In this document: positions 1-10,661 of the stretch, piece after piece
Layout of the letters: the number at the start of each line of letters is the position of its first letter
How positions within the stretch are numbered: the stretch's first letter is position 1
DNA from: Chloroflexota bacterium
GTDB taxonomy: Bacteria > Chloroflexota > UBA11872 > VXOZ01
DNA: 64,000 nucleotides
Direction of reading: 5' to 3'
NCBI GenBank assembly: GCA_965221905.1
Contig: OZ244922.1
Coordinates: forward strand, 192,001-256,000
Made by a program: the position numbers and the translations under genes
Notes under the pieces: model-generated
Database searches by the model: none
What the model was told of the DNA's origin: nothing
What the model saw: only the letters and a program-made list of their open reading frames with translations

Positions 1-1
1 C

Positions 2-106
2 TTGCGGCCGCAGGAGTTGCGGGTGGGACTAATCACCGCCTTCTTCGGCGCGCCCTTCTTCCTCTACCTGCTGTATCGCAGCAAGCGACAGGGCAATATT
101 CTATGA
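2..106 (+). CDS. C-terminal fragment of FecCD/BtuC-family ABC permease (runs off window start)
   Basis: Frame 2 reads [34 protein letters not shown], the typical FecCD C-terminal motif; stop overlaps the next start (ATGA). Confidence 0.85.
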   Translation: MRPQELRVGLITAFFGAPFFLYLLYRSKRQGNIL

Positions 107-990
107 GTATCCTGCCTGATTCCGATCGCATCGAAGGCGCCGCGCTCTCCGCAAATGACGTCTCCTTTGCAGTGGGCATGGCGCAATTACTGGAAGCAGT
201 TTCCCTAGAGGTGCGGAGCGGGAGCCTGTTGGGGCTTATCGGCCCAAATGGGGCGGGAAAGTCTACGCTCCTTAAGTGCATCAGCCAGTTGTTGTCGCCC
301 GCTGCCGGGCAGGTGTGTTTGGATGGCGACGACCTGCGAGGCCGGTCGCCCCAGGAGATCGCACGGCACATAGCGCTGCTACCCCAGAGCACTACGCTAA
401 ATTTTGCCTTCACGTGCCTGGAAGTGGTCTTGATGGGGCGCAATCCTCATCTGGGACGTTTCCAAGCCGAGGGCGCGCGGGACCACGCTATCGCCCGGCA
501 AAGTATGAAGAACACCGGAACCGAGGAATTCGTCACGCGCCTTATCACCCAGGTCTCCGCCGGAGAACGCCAGCGTGTGCTTTTGGCGCGGGCGCTCACC
601 CAGCAGCCGCGGTTGCTCTTGCTCGACGAACCGACCGCGGGACTGGACGTGCAGCACCAACTCCAGGTGTTTACACTGATCCGCAATCTGGTGCGCCAAG
701 GACTAACGGCCATTGCCGTGGTGCACGATCTCAACCTCGCGGCGCGCTACTGCGACCGCCTTGTGCTGCTAGACCGCGGCACGGTGCACGCGCGCGGGCT
801 TGTGGGCGACGTGCTTACTCCGAAAAACCTGGCGGACGTTTTCAAGGTGGAGGCGACGGTTGAGGAAGACCAGGCGCTCGGGGTGCCTCGGGTCACTGTA
901 CTTGCCCCGCTTGACGAAGGGCAGAGTCCTGCCGCGGCGACAGCCGACCATGCGATTGACCGGGCTGCCGCGACTCTCCCTCGAAAATAG
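103..990 (+). CDS. Iron-siderophore/cobalamin ABC transporter ATP-binding protein
   Basis: Walker [10 protein letters not shown], signature SAGERQR, Walker [17 protein letters not shown]; coupled to the FecCD permease. Confidence 0.9.
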   Translation: MSILPDSDRIEGAALSANDVSFAVGMAQLLEAVSLEVRSGSLLGLIGPNGAGKSTLLKCISQLLSPAAGQVCLDGDDLRGRSPQEIARHIALLPQSTTLNFAFTCLEVVLMGRNPHLGRFQAEGARDHAIARQSMKNTGTEEFVTRLITQVSAGERQRVLLARALTQQPRLLLLDEPTAGLDVQHQLQVFTLIRNLVRQGLTAIAVVHDLNLAARYCDRLVLLDRGTVHARGLVGDVLTPKNLADVFKVEATVEEDQALGVPRVTVLAPLDEGQSPAAATADHAIDRAAATLPRK

Positions 991-1503
991 GCCGGCCCTG
1001 CCGGTTCGTCCTGCAATTGCCCTCCTATGCAGTGGGGGCACATGACGGAGGGTTGCGGCATTTCAAAGGACTGGCGGTAATTTGTCGGGTTTAATCTGTC
1101 GTTCATGCCGGCATAACGTGCTCCTAACATGGCACACGTAGTATCGTAGATGCCACCTAAGGCCCACTGTTGCGTGGCCTTACCCTTCGTCATAGGGTGG
1201 TTTCCATAATCGCCCTATGACGAATCCCCCTACCGCGCCCGTAAGAATCTGCGAAGTCTCGTAACGTGAATTGTGCCACGGCTGCAAGAATCCAGTTCAC
1301 TCGAGAGAGGGGCATGGAGCGTCAAGGAGGAACTTCGCTCAGGCTGACCGCTGATCAAAATAGGGAGCTACGGAATGGCGGCGCATGGCAGCCACCTGCT
1401 TAGCGTTGTGTGCGTATGACATAATAGAAGCGAAGTGCGCGGGCATGCCCGCTTTTGAATGCACGAAAGCGCTACAGAATGAGCGACTGCTAAGGAGCCG
1501 CAA

Positions 1504-2205
1504 TTGCCACGTGAGAAAGTGCTCATAATCGAGGACGACGACAATCTGCAAGAGGCGCTACGCTATCGCCTCGAGCAGGACGGTTATGTAGTGCATAGCG
1601 CAATGGACGGCGAGGAAGGGCTGGACCTGGCACGGGAGGTCCTGCCCGATTTGATTATCCTCGATATCATGCTGCCGGTGTTGGACGGCCTGGAGGTCTG
1701 CCGCATCATTCGCCAGGAGACCGCAGCGCCGATCATCATGCTCACGGCGAAAGGTGAAGAGGTGGATCGCGTGGTCGGTCTCGAATTGGGCGCGGATGAC
1801 TACGTTGTAAAGCCCTTCAGCACACGCGAATTGCTGGCCCGCATGCGTGCCGTGCGACGACGCGCACGGTCGCGTGGGGAGGCTCTCCCTGCCGCTGACA
1901 CGGCAACTGTGCTCAGTGCCGGAGATCTCCAAGTCAACCTTTCCAGCCACACCGCGAGGCTTGGAGATCAGGCGCTAGCGCTCAAACCCAAGGAATTCAG
2001 TCTATTGGCGTTGCTGATGTCCGGCCGTAACCGCGTCTTTACCCGCGACCAGATTCTCGAGCGCATATGGGGATTCGATTGGGTCGGCGACAATCGCACA
2101 GTAGACGTTCACGTACGGCGACTGCGGGAGAAGATCGAAAAGGATCCCAGTGATCCCGCCCACATTGTGACCGTGCGCGGCGTAGGCTACCGGTTTGAGG
2201 GATGA
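1504..2205 (+). CDS. OmpR/PhoB-family response regulator, probably phosphate regulon
   Basis: Receiver domain (IEDD, LDIMLP, KPF) and winged-helix C-terminus (RTVDVHVRRLREK, VRGVGYRF); next to PhoR-like kinase and phoU. Confidence 0.92.
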   Translation: MPREKVLIIEDDDNLQEALRYRLEQDGYVVHSAMDGEEGLDLAREVLPDLIILDIMLPVLDGLEVCRIIRQETAAPIIMLTAKGEEVDRVVGLELGADDYVVKPFSTRELLARMRAVRRRARSRGEALPAADTATVLSAGDLQVNLSSHTARLGDQALALKPKEFSLLALLMSGRNRVFTRDQILERIWGFDWVGDNRTVDVHVRRLREKIEKDPSDPAHIVTVRGVGYRFEG

Positions 2206-3980
2206 AATTTCCGCGAACGCTGCAATGGCGCATAACGCTTGCCTTCACCGCGTTGATCATACTCACGCTGGGTGTAGCGAGTTTCTATCTCGTCACGGTC
2301 GTGCGCAGCAGCTATCTGACCAACCTCGAAACGCGACTGGAGCACGAAGCGCGCCTCGTCGCCGAAGCCGGTGCCCGCTACTTCTCCGAGCAACCGGATA
2401 CTAGTGCGCTCCAAGCGGCCGGTGAGCGCATGAGCGCTAACATTGCGGCGCGGGTTACCCTCATCGCACGCGACGGCACAGTGCTCGCCGACAGTGCGGA
2501 AGACCCGGCACGCATGGCGAATCAGGCCGTCCAACCCGAGGTAGCGCGTGCACTAAACGCCGGAGTGGGAATCAGTACGCGACGCAGCGGCACTGCGGGC
2601 GAGGAACTGATTTACGTTGCCGTGCCCGTGATTGCCGGGGAGAGCGTGCAAGGAGTGGCGCGGGTAGCGGCGCCTGCGGCACAGGCGCAGGATAGCGTAA
2701 ATCGCAGCATCACCGTTATCGCCCTGATAGGCATTGCCGGAGCGGTCTTCGCGGTGCTGCTTGGGTACGGCGTGGCGTCGCGCACCTCTCGTTCCATCGG
2801 GGCGCTCACGGAAGGCGCCCGCCAGCTTACGGCCGGCGAGCTCGACTACCGGGTGCAGGCGCAAGGGAGAGACGAAACGCAGGAACTTGCGCAAGCGTTC
2901 AACCGCATGGCGTTGTCCCTGCGCAATCTCGTACGCGATCTCTCGGTGGAACGAGGCAAATTGACGGCTGTGCTCAATACGATGGCCGATGGCGTCGTTG
3001 TAATCGACGGCAGCGGTAGGATCGTGCTGGTGAATCACGCGGCGGAAGAGATTCTCAACCTCACCGGCGGTGACGTCTTAGACCGCCGCTTTACTGAGAT
3101 CATCCGCGACCACAACCTGCAACAGCTTGTCGCCCGCTGCATGGAGCAGCGCGAGGTACAGCACGAGGAGGTGGAGATTCCGCAGTGGCAGCGGTATCTG
3201 AGTGTCATAACCACGCCCTTGGCCGAGCACGGCGATTCAAGCGTTTTGCTGACGATGCACGACCTGACGCGCATTCGCCAGGTGGAAACGACCAGAAAAG
3301 AATTCGTGAGCAACGTCTCCCATGAGTTGCGGGGTCCGCTGGCGGCCGTGAAGATTCTGGCTGAGTCGCTGGCGAGCGGCGCTCTCAAGGAGAAAAAGCG
3401 GGCTAAGGACTTCCTGCGTCGTATCAACGGTGAGATCGACCGCATGGCTGCCATGGTGAATGAGCTGATGGAGCTCTCACGTATAGAAAGCGAACAGTCC
3501 GGTCTCCAGCATGCGCCGCTCGATCTGCACCCATTCATCGACGCACTGCGCGAAGAGCATTACGAGCGGACGGAAAAGCGCAAGATCGCACTCGAAGTCG
3601 CGATTCCCGAATACTTGCCGCAGGTCCGCGGCGATGAAGAGAAGCTGCGCCAGGTTTTCGACAATTTGCTAAGTAACGCTTTGAAGTTCACGCCCGAAGA
3701 CGGCCGGATATCTCTCTCTGCACAGCAGGAGAACGGCAAGGTCTGCTTGCGCGTGGCCGACACGGGTGTTGGCATACCGCGGAAGCACCTCCCCCACATC
3801 TTCGAGCGCTTCTATAAGGTGGACCGCTCGCGCCACAGCGAGGGGTTTGGCTTAGGACTGGCCATCGTGAAGCACATCGTGCAAGCCCACGGCGGAGAGA
3901 TTCACGCGGAGAGCGCTGAAGGACAGGGCACGACCTTTACGGTGATCCTGCCTGCTGTGGCTGACGACCCTGCCGACTAA
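2202..3980 (+). CDS. phoR: PhoR-like sensor histidine kinase (2 TM, HAMP, PAS, HisKA, HATPase)
   Basis: EFVSNVSHELR H-box, NLLSNALKF, DTGVGI, FERFYKVD, GLGLAIVKH; ATGA overlap with the regulator. Confidence 0.85.
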   Translation: MKFPRTLQWRITLAFTALIILTLGVASFYLVTVVRSSYLTNLETRLEHEARLVAEAGARYFSEQPDTSALQAAGERMSANIAARVTLIARDGTVLADSAEDPARMANQAVQPEVARALNAGVGISTRRSGTAGEELIYVAVPVIAGESVQGVARVAAPAAQAQDSVNRSITVIALIGIAGAVFAVLLGYGVASRTSRSIGALTEGARQLTAGELDYRVQAQGRDETQELAQAFNRMALSLRNLVRDLSVERGKLTAVLNTMADGVVVIDGSGRIVLVNHAAEEILNLTGGDVLDRRFTEIIRDHNLQQLVARCMEQREVQHEEVEIPQWQRYLSVITTPLAEHGDSSVLLTMHDLTRIRQVETTRKEFVSNVSHELRGPLAAVKILAESLASGALKEKKRAKDFLRRINGEIDRMAAMVNELMELSRIESEQSGLQHAPLDLHPFIDALREEHYERTEKRKIALEVAIPEYLPQVRGDEEKLRQVFDNLLSNALKFTPEDGRISLSAQQENGKVCLRVADTGVGIPRKHLPHIFERFYKVDRSRHSEGFGLGLAIVKHIVQAHGGEIHAESAEGQGTTFTVILPAVADDPAD

Positions 3981-4221
3981 GGCGGCACGTGTCCGGTCTC
4001 GATATTGTCGCGCGCATGTCCCTGAACGCGCTACTAGCGTAGAGGCTCGACATGTCGTGCCCCTACGTGTCACGCAAAGAGTACCTACCCACCCGCCGGG
4101 CTCCTTCCCCGGTGGGCGGCAAAACACCGCCTTTGGCGCCCGGCACGCTCACGTACAGTTGTCGCCGGTTCGGCCTAGCGTTCGTACTCTCTTTTACATC
4201 CTATCTGTCACGAAGGATCGG

Positions 4222-4362
4222 GTGATAGATTGTTTCATCGATCATCCCACGATTATCGTGCGCAAAACGCAGTACTGGCGCTGCCCCGTGTGCAATGCGG
4301 TTGCCGGTCAAGAGTCTCTGCGCTGCGCGGAGGCAATTGAGTACATCTCGAGCAGCGCCTAG
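4222..4362 (+). CDS. Putative 46-aa Cys/His-rich small protein
   Basis: GTG start preceded by GAAGGA; MIDCFIDHPTIIVRKTQYWRCPVCNAVAGQESLRCAEAIEYISSSA. Confidence 0.35.
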   Translation: MIDCFIDHPTIIVRKTQYWRCPVCNAVAGQESLRCAEAIEYISSSA

Positions 4363-4797
4363 TTTTCGGTTGTTTGTGCGCTACGGCAAACAACGCATAA
4401 CTGGCGCGGGCACAAGCAGTGCGGGCGTTTAGGCGGAAGTTTGCGAGAAGATGAGGCCTTGTTCAACAGGGACCCGGCAGGTGTACCCTTCCAGGTTCGA
4501 AAGAGAGCAGCAGCAAAGAGGGTTTCGACGGGCCGGACTCTCTAAGTCTGTGCTGCACGGGTAGGCAAATGCCCGTCAAGAGTGCAAAATAGAAAAGGAT
4601 ACGGCCCGGGTCTGCGGCATGCGTAAGTCCTAAAGCGGAAGGCGGAGCGCAGTGCGGCGATGCCGGCGCCCGGCATGTTTGTGCCGGTAATGTGCGCCGA
4701 GGGTTTTACCGTCCGTGGAAAGTGAAGTCCGCCCGCGTAGGCGCATAGAAGTGGTTGTCGAGAGAGTAGCCGGGGAGCGGTGGAAAGGGGCAGTGCC

Positions 4798-5469
4798 ATG
4801 GTACGCACGAATATCGAGAATCGACTGGACGAGATCCAGGATGAAGTCCTTGCGCTGGCGAGCATGGTGGAGAAGGCCATTACTCATGCCATAGATGCCT
4901 TGCGGGAGCGCGACCTGGAGGCATCTATGGCCGTCGTCGCGTTCGATGACGTGATCGACGAAAAGCGCTTTGCCATCGAGGAAAGCTGCGTTGACCTGCT
5001 CGCTACCCAGCAACCGGCTGCCGGTGACCTGCGTTGGGTCATAGCTTTGCTCCACATAGCGGTCGAGTTGGAGCGCATGGGCGACTATGCGGAAGGCATC
5101 GGCAAGATCAGCCTGATGATGGGCGACGAGCCGCCGCTCAAGCCGCTCATCGATATTCCGCGCATGGCGGAAATGTCCATCAGCATGCTCCATCGGAGCA
5201 TCGACGCGCTGGTGACCCGGGACATAGATTTGGCCAGAAAGGTGTGCGAGGCCGATGATGACGTCGATGCGCTCCATGAGCAAATCTATAACGAACTGCT
5301 CCTATTTATGATCAAAGACCCGAGGAGCATCCAGCGCGCAACATACTTGCTCTGGGTAACACACGACCTAGAGCGCACGGCCGACCGCGCGACGAATGTC
5401 GCTGAACGCGTGATCTACATGGTGACCGGCAAGATGCTGGACCTGAACCTCTCGAAGCAGGTGATTTGA
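4798..5469 (+). CDS. phoU: Phosphate transport regulator PhoU
   Basis: QQPAAGDLR, ELERMGDYA, DLERTADRATNVAE duplicated PhoU motifs; ATG at 4798. Confidence 0.95.
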   Translation: MVRTNIENRLDEIQDEVLALASMVEKAITHAIDALRERDLEASMAVVAFDDVIDEKRFAIEESCVDLLATQQPAAGDLRWVIALLHIAVELERMGDYAEGIGKISLMMGDEPPLKPLIDIPRMAEMSISMLHRSIDALVTRDIDLARKVCEADDDVDALHEQIYNELLLFMIKDPRSIQRATYLLWVTHDLERTADRATNVAERVIYMVTGKMLDLNLSKQVI

Positions 5470-5615
5470 TCGCCAAGGAGGCGGTGTTAGGGCGTGTGCA
5501 CTATGGCAAGCGGAGAGATTTAGAAGATTGAGAGAAGAGCGGCAATGTAGCGTTAGCGCAGTAGTGTTACGTGCTGTGATACGTCAAGCAGACCTTGCTA
5601 AAGGAGAAATCTCGA

Positions 5616-6014
5616 TTGAAACGGGTACTCTTCGTCTGCGTGCACAATGCGGGGCGCAGTCAGATGGCGGAGGCGTTTCTCCGTCAGCTTGCCGACGGCA
5701 AGGCGGAGGCGCGTTCCGCGGGCACGGCGCCGGGCGAGCGGGTGAATCCAGTTGCCGTGCAGGTCATGGCCGAGCGCGGGATTAGTCTCGATGCCCATCG
5801 GCCCAAGTTACTGACGCAAGCGTTGGCGGATTGGGCGGACAGAATTTTCACCATGGGCTGTGGCATCGACGAGTCATGTCCGACATTGCGAACAGAAGTA
5901 GAAGACTGGGAACTCCCCAATCCCAGCGGACAGCCGTTGGCCGTGGTGCGCGGCATCCGCGACCAAATCGAGAAGCGGGTCAACCTTCTTCTACGCGAAC
6001 TCGACGATTCATAG
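5616..6014 (+). CDS. arsC: Arsenate reductase, LMW-PTPase family
   Basis: VLFVCVHNAGRSQMAEA CX5R loop, TMGCG..CP; TTG start after AAGGAG. Confidence 0.85.
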   Translation: MKRVLFVCVHNAGRSQMAEAFLRQLADGKAEARSAGTAPGERVNPVAVQVMAERGISLDAHRPKLLTQALADWADRIFTMGCGIDESCPTLRTEVEDWELPNPSGQPLAVVRGIRDQIEKRVNLLLRELDDS

Positions 6015-6801
6015 CACCGCCACTCTGGGTCTCGGGCTGCTGTACAGTTGATGATCTCTGTACATAGTCTTCCAAGTACTGGGATACCACCTTACTGATC
6101 TCCCGGTGGATTTTCTTCGGGCTGGGCGTCGCGTCGATCATTTTGAAGCCGTACTCGTCTGCGAGCCTATGGAAGTTCTTGCGCAGCGAGGCCTGGTATT
6201 TCAGAAAGCTCTCGAACATGCTGCTGCCCATCTGCAGATCCATGCCGGACTCCCAGTAGTTGAGCTCGCCGTACTTCTCCAACGTGCGGTGGAAGAGCAC
6301 TTCCGGCTCCGCGTCGAGGAAGACGATCAAGTCCGGTTCCAGCGCAATGCCGAACAAGCGTTTCAGCCACTTCAGTTCGGCGCCGCGCGCCAAGTCGCGC
6401 GCCATGAGCGTGTAGATGTAGCGGTCGGCAATAATTACAAATCCGGCTTGCATCGCGGGTACAATGCGGCTTTCTAACTGATCGGCAAGGTCGGTTGCGT
6501 AGAGCAGACTCAAGGTCGTCTTTCCCAGCAGATTGCCTTGCTTCGCGGAGGAGATGGCCTTGGCCAACAGGTCCGACCGCCGGATGCCCATCTCCAGCAC
6601 GGCGTGTCCCGCCGACTCCAGCGATTCCTTGAGCATTTGGGCCTGCGTGGAGCGCCCGGAACAGTCAGAGCCTTCAATGACGATCAGTGGGCCGCCGAGT
6701 TCGAGGTCGTCGAGGTACGGCAGGCCGCAGCCATAGAACCGTGCGCGTGTGGGTACTACAGTAGAAATTTGCTCATCCCCTTGTTGCTGCTTGTCGTCCA
6801 T
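5980..6801 (-). CDS. Thymidylate-kinase-fold protein with degenerate P-loop (putative non-catalytic PPK3-type subunit)
   Basis: IEGSDCSGRST (Walker A Lys replaced by Arg), IADRYIYT; paralog of the adjacent gene. Confidence 0.75.
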   Translation of the reverse strand: MDDKQQQGDEQISTVVPTRARFYGCGLPYLDDLELGGPLIVIEGSDCSGRSTQAQMLKESLESAGHAVLEMGIRRSDLLAKAISSAKQGNLLGKTTLSLLYATDLADQLESRIVPAMQAGFVIIADRYIYTLMARDLARGAELKWLKRLFGIALEPDLIVFLDAEPEVLFHRTLEKYGELNYWESGMDLQMGSSMFESFLKYQASLRKNFHRLADEYGFKMIDATPSPKKIHREISKVVSQYLEDYVQRSSTVQQPETQSGGAMNRRVRVEEG

Positions 6802-6894
6802 GCGGTCTCGTGGGCCTACTACGAGTAATGCGCAAGGCTATTGCCCGGCGGTGAATGAGGCGGCGCGGCCGCTCCTTCAGTCAAGTTTCTTCCT

Positions 6895-7587
6895 CTAGGC
6901 TGGCGGCACATAGTCCGCCAGCTTCTCCTGCACCACTTTTTGCACTTCTCCCCAGGTCTCATGTATCGTGCGCGTTGCATCGATGACGGCGAACTGCTCG
7001 CTGCGCGCCATCTTGTCGTATTGGTCCTTTATCCTGCCCTGGAACAGCTTGAAGCTCTCCACCGGATCGAGAGAGAGACCGGTGTCCATGCCGGCTTCGT
7101 AGTACTTTAGCGAGGGCCGGCCGAAGAGGATCCGGGAGATCGATACTTCCAACGGCGCGTGGAAATAGAAGGCTATGGTCGGCTGCACGGCAAAGTTGTA
7201 GGTGTTACGCACCCACTGCAGATCGCAGCCCCGCGCCACGTCACGCGCGTAAGCGGTGTAGACATACCTATCGGCCAGCACGATACACCCGGCGTGGAGC
7301 GGCGGGAGGATGACTTTCTCGTAGCGGTCGGCAAAGTCGCAGGCGTGGATGAGGCTAAACGTGGTGGGTGTGAGCTGCTCCTTCCGCTTTGCCCGACGTG
7401 TTGCCTGCTTGACGATGGCCGAGGAGTTCCACTCGGTAAAGACAACCGGGTACCCTTGCGACTGCAACCAGACGCGCAGGAGGTGGAGTTGGGTGCTCTT
7501 GCCGGAACCGTCGCAACCTTCTACGACGATCAAGCGGCCGGGGTACTGCTTGTTGAGGCCTAAGCCGCGGACCTTTTTCATTGCCAT
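6895..7587 (-). CDS. Thymidylate-kinase-fold protein (putative catalytic PPK3-type subunit)
   Basis: VEGCDGSGKST intact Walker A, LADRYVYT; polyphosphate gene context; canonical tmk lies elsewhere in the window. Confidence 0.78.
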   Translation of the reverse strand: MAMKKVRGLGLNKQYPGRLIVVEGCDGSGKSTQLHLLRVWLQSQGYPVVFTEWNSSAIVKQATRRAKRKEQLTPTTFSLIHACDFADRYEKVILPPLHAGCIVLADRYVYTAYARDVARGCDLQWVRNTYNFAVQPTIAFYFHAPLEVSISRILFGRPSLKYYEAGMDTGLSLDPVESFKLFQGRIKDQYDKMARSEQFAVIDATRTIHETWGEVQKVVQEKLADYVPPA

Positions 7588-7966
7588 TTGTGGTTTCTCC
7601 CAACTCTTGGATTACCGGACGAATCACCAAAGGGGTAGAGTTTGCCGCTATTGGCGTACCGCCGGCAGAGACTGCTGTGTTTCACCGCTTTGAGCGTCAG
7701 CCAATCTGGTGACGGAAACTTGCTGTTCAGCACTGTCCGTAGAGTGTGGAAAACACTCAATACCGACATGCCGGCACGGAAGCTTGCCACCGTATCAAGT
7801 ACTGGGCCTGAGTACATTGCTGACACGTTCCCAGAACCGGTCTCCGCCGAAATGACGCGTGGCAGGCCGCCTACGCGATACGCGATCCGTGGCCCGGCAC
7901 CGCCCATGACGGCTTTCTCGGCGAACTCATGAGAAGACCATCTTGTGCCCGTCAATGTAAGACAGT

Positions 7967-9619
7967 CTACCCAATAACCCCAGAGTTAGCCCGCTTCAAG
8001 CGTCCGTGTGAGTCATCAAGAATAAAGTGTACACCAAATGCGGTTGCAATGTCATTGAGCGTCGCCTCCGTTTCGCGGAATTCGCAAACTGCATCGGGAT
8101 CAGCAGCGAGGCTCAACGTTATTCCTCTGGGATCGCCTGAAATCGCACACGTGACGGCTTCCACAAGGCACGACTCGCTGCGATCGAGCGCCTCGCTGAG
8201 TTGTAGGACCGCGCCGAGCTTGGTCACGGTGTCAAGATCGTGCTTTTCCAAGAGCGAACGGTACTCCGGCTGGCGTTTCAATGGGCCGCCGCTGCCGTTG
8301 TGCGCGGCCACGAGGCCTGCAACCATGAGTAACTCGCGGTGGGTCAGGCCGTCGATGCCCGTACGCGTGAGCAGGTAGAAGCCGTGCTCGTCGTGGTTGT
8401 AGAAATTTACGGCAATGCCCACGTCGTGAAGGAGCGCCGCGATTTGCAGCAGCCTGCGCGCTTCGGCATCCAGACCGTGCACCGGTGCGAGTTGATCGAA
8501 AATTGACAGTGCCAGGTCGGCCACGTGGTTGGCGTGGGTCTCGTCAACGTTGTAGTACCGCATGAGGTTAGTGGTGGCAAAGAGCGCCGGATCGGGCACG
8601 CGCGGCTCCACCATGTCGCCGCCCAGCACGTGGTTCAGGAACAAGCCTTCCCGCAGGCCTCTGCCGCTAATGGCAAGCGCAGTGGCGCCAATAGTCTTCG
8701 CCAGCCCGCACACCACCGCCGCACCCGCGACGATGATGTCTGCCCGCTTAGTGGAAAGTCCGGGAACCTTGCGCCGCTCTTCGAGAGTTAACTTGCGGAG
8801 CATGGCGTAGATCTCTTCTACGGCGCCGATTGGGAGAATCATGCCGTGGAGGAGGTCCAGCGGATAGCCTGTCTGCCGCCGGTAGATTTTTGCCAAGTTG
8901 CGCACGGTGCCGCCGATGCCAATCAAAACCGGCTTGCCGTTGTGCGAGAATGTCCCATTGCGGCGCCCAGCGCTCCCGGACGCCGGTTTTTCATCAAGCG
9001 AGTGTGCGGCTGCTTCGCCCTGCCCATTGAGCCAGGAGAGCGCCCCAAGATTGGCCGCGATGTGTTGCTCCAGAGTGCGGATCTGCTTGTTCGTCGGTCT
9101 ATCGCGATTGAGAAAATCGGTGGTGAGTGTGATGGCGCCAAGGGGCAGGCTTGTCTTGTGGGTAGCGGCGCGTTGATGGGCGCGCACGATTTGCACGCTG
9201 CCGCCGCCGACGTCTACCATCACGCCGTTCGCCGCTGCAGTGCTGTTGACCGCTGCCACATAGTCGTAGTAGGCCTCCTCATCGCCGGATATGATGTTGA
9301 CGCGCAGACCGGTTTCGGCTTTGATGCGGTCAACCACCTCCGGCCCGTTGCGGGCGCGCCGCAGGGCGCTGGTGGCGACGCCGATGACGTGCGTGACGCG
9401 ATGGGCTGTGCAGAAGCGCGCTAAAACGCGCGATATCTCCAACGTACGCTCAATCGCTTCCGCCGTGAGGTCGCCGTTTGCATCGAGCTGCTCGCCCAGC
9501 CGCAGCGTCTCGCGCAGCTCGTCTACGAGCTTGAACGCGCGGTCTGCATACACCTCAAGAAGCGCCAAACGCGCTGAATTCGAGCCAATATCAATGACAG
9601 CCACGCGTTCTCCGGTCAT
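7967..9619 (-). CDS. ppx: Exopolyphosphatase Ppx/GppA with C-terminal HD domain
   Basis: VIDIGSNS, ATSALR, DVGGGS, GIGGT, GLREG, ALLHDVG motifs. Confidence 0.93.
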   Translation of the reverse strand: MTGERVAVIDIGSNSARLALLEVYADRAFKLVDELRETLRLGEQLDANGDLTAEAIERTLEISRVLARFCTAHRVTHVIGVATSALRRARNGPEVVDRIKAETGLRVNIISGDEEAYYDYVAAVNSTAAANGVMVDVGGGSVQIVRAHQRAATHKTSLPLGAITLTTDFLNRDRPTNKQIRTLEQHIAANLGALSWLNGQGEAAAHSLDEKPASGSAGRRNGTFSHNGKPVLIGIGGTVRNLAKIYRRQTGYPLDLLHGMILPIGAVEEIYAMLRKLTLEERRKVPGLSTKRADIIVAGAAVVCGLAKTIGATALAISGRGLREGLFLNHVLGGDMVEPRVPDPALFATTNLMRYYNVDETHANHVADLALSIFDQLAPVHGLDAEARRLLQIAALLHDVGIAVNFYNHDEHGFYLLTRTGIDGLTHRELLMVAGLVAAHNGSGGPLKRQPEYRSLLEKHDLDTVTKLGAVLQLSEALDRSESCLVEAVTCAISGDPRGITLSLAADPDAVCEFRETEATLNDIATAFGVHFILDDSHGRLKRANSGVIG

Positions 9620-9662
9620 ATACTCTCCTTGTTAGACTTCCTTTACGGGAGCCCAACCCGCG

Positions 9663-10661
9663 TTAGGTCGATGTTGATACGCATTCTCGCAGGCGTTGAC
9701 GGAACTCGCAGCCGGTGAGGTGCTCCCAGATGGCCGGGAACGTATGGGCGTTCGTCCGCACGCGGTCATCGCAATACGCGAGGTATCCGGCAAGCGCTTC
9801 CCCGGCTGCGGCCGGGTAACGCGCGTCGTCCGTTGCGCACTGCCACTTTTTCATGAGCTTACGCAGGTCTTCACCGGCTACGTACGCGTCGTTTATTTCG
9901 CCCAGGTGGTCTTGAGCATGCTTGAAGTCTTCGATGGCGGCTTCTGCCTGCGGGGAAAGGGTCTCGCGCAGGAATTCTAAGGCGTACCGCAGGCGCTTAC
10001 AGTCGATACGCAGGGTGTGCAGCGTTTCAATCGACGCTCCGTGCAACGAAGGCCCATAGGCGAGGAGTTTTTCATAGCGCTTTGCGATGAGGCGCGGTGT
10101 CACGGCGGCAACGAGCGGTTCTTGCGGAGCAGCCGCCTGGCCGTTCAGCGTTCCTGAAGCCGCTACCGGCGGGCCCACCAACTCAAGGAGTGGGCCAATC
10201 CGTTGCTTCAGCAGGCAATAACGCTTGCCTGCCAGATACCTCACCATTGCGTTGCGGGCTCGTTCTCGCTGTCTCTGCCACCGCTGCACCAGCGGCGCGA
10301 ACGTATCCTGTGTGGGCGCCGGCAATTCCGCCCGGTACGCTTCTAGATTCGCAAGCATGACGTCGCAGTCGCGTGCCGGACCGAGGGCGCGCCCCAAACG
10401 CCGTAGGTCTTTGCGCAGGTAGGCTGCGTGTTTCTTAGGGAGGTAGGGTCGAAACAACCTCACTGCCGCGCGCATCCGGCGCACGGCAACACGCATATCG
10501 TGCAATGCTTCGATGTCACTGCCGTCGATAGAGCCGGCTTCGTGTCTCAGCATGCGGTTGAAGTGAAAGCGCAGGGTCTTGCGTGCGGCATCTGATACAG
10601 TGTCGTGCCGCTCTATACCCGGACGTTTGGGCGACCGCTTGAGGTCGGGTGGCGTGGTGAT
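9663..10661 (-). CDS. CHAD-domain polyphosphate-binding protein (start uncertain: ATC at 10661 or ATG at 10553)
   Basis: LHDMRVAVRRMRA, RDCDV, LHTLRIDCKRLRY, QDHLGEIND; frame stays open and CHAD-like upstream of 10553. Confidence 0.88.
   Translation of the reverse strand: MTTPPDLKRSPKRPGIERHDTVSDAARKTLRFHFNRMLRHEAGSIDGSDIEALHDMRVAVRRMRAAVRLFRPYLPKKHAAYLRKDLRRLGRALGPARDCDVMLANLEAYRAELPAPTQDTFAPLVQRWQRQRERARNAMVRYLAGKRYCLLKQRIGPLLELVGPPVAASGTLNGQAAAPQEPLVAAVTPRLIAKRYEKLLAYGPSLHGASIETLHTLRIDCKRLRYALEFLRETLSPQAEAAIEDFKHAQDHLGEINDAYVAGEDLRKLMKKWQCATDDARYPAAAGEALAGYLAYCDDRVRTNAHTFPAIWEHLTGCEFRQRLRECVSTST

Noticed and set aside
4190-4212. Pho box (TTTACAT...CTGTCAC)
   Set aside because: Half-sites are 12 rather than 11 bp apart and only one matches well.
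7590-7960. ORFs between ppx and the kinase pair (7578-7955 minus, 7642-7932 plus)
   Set aside because: No recognisable motifs or clear ribosome site; cannot be supported from sequence alone.
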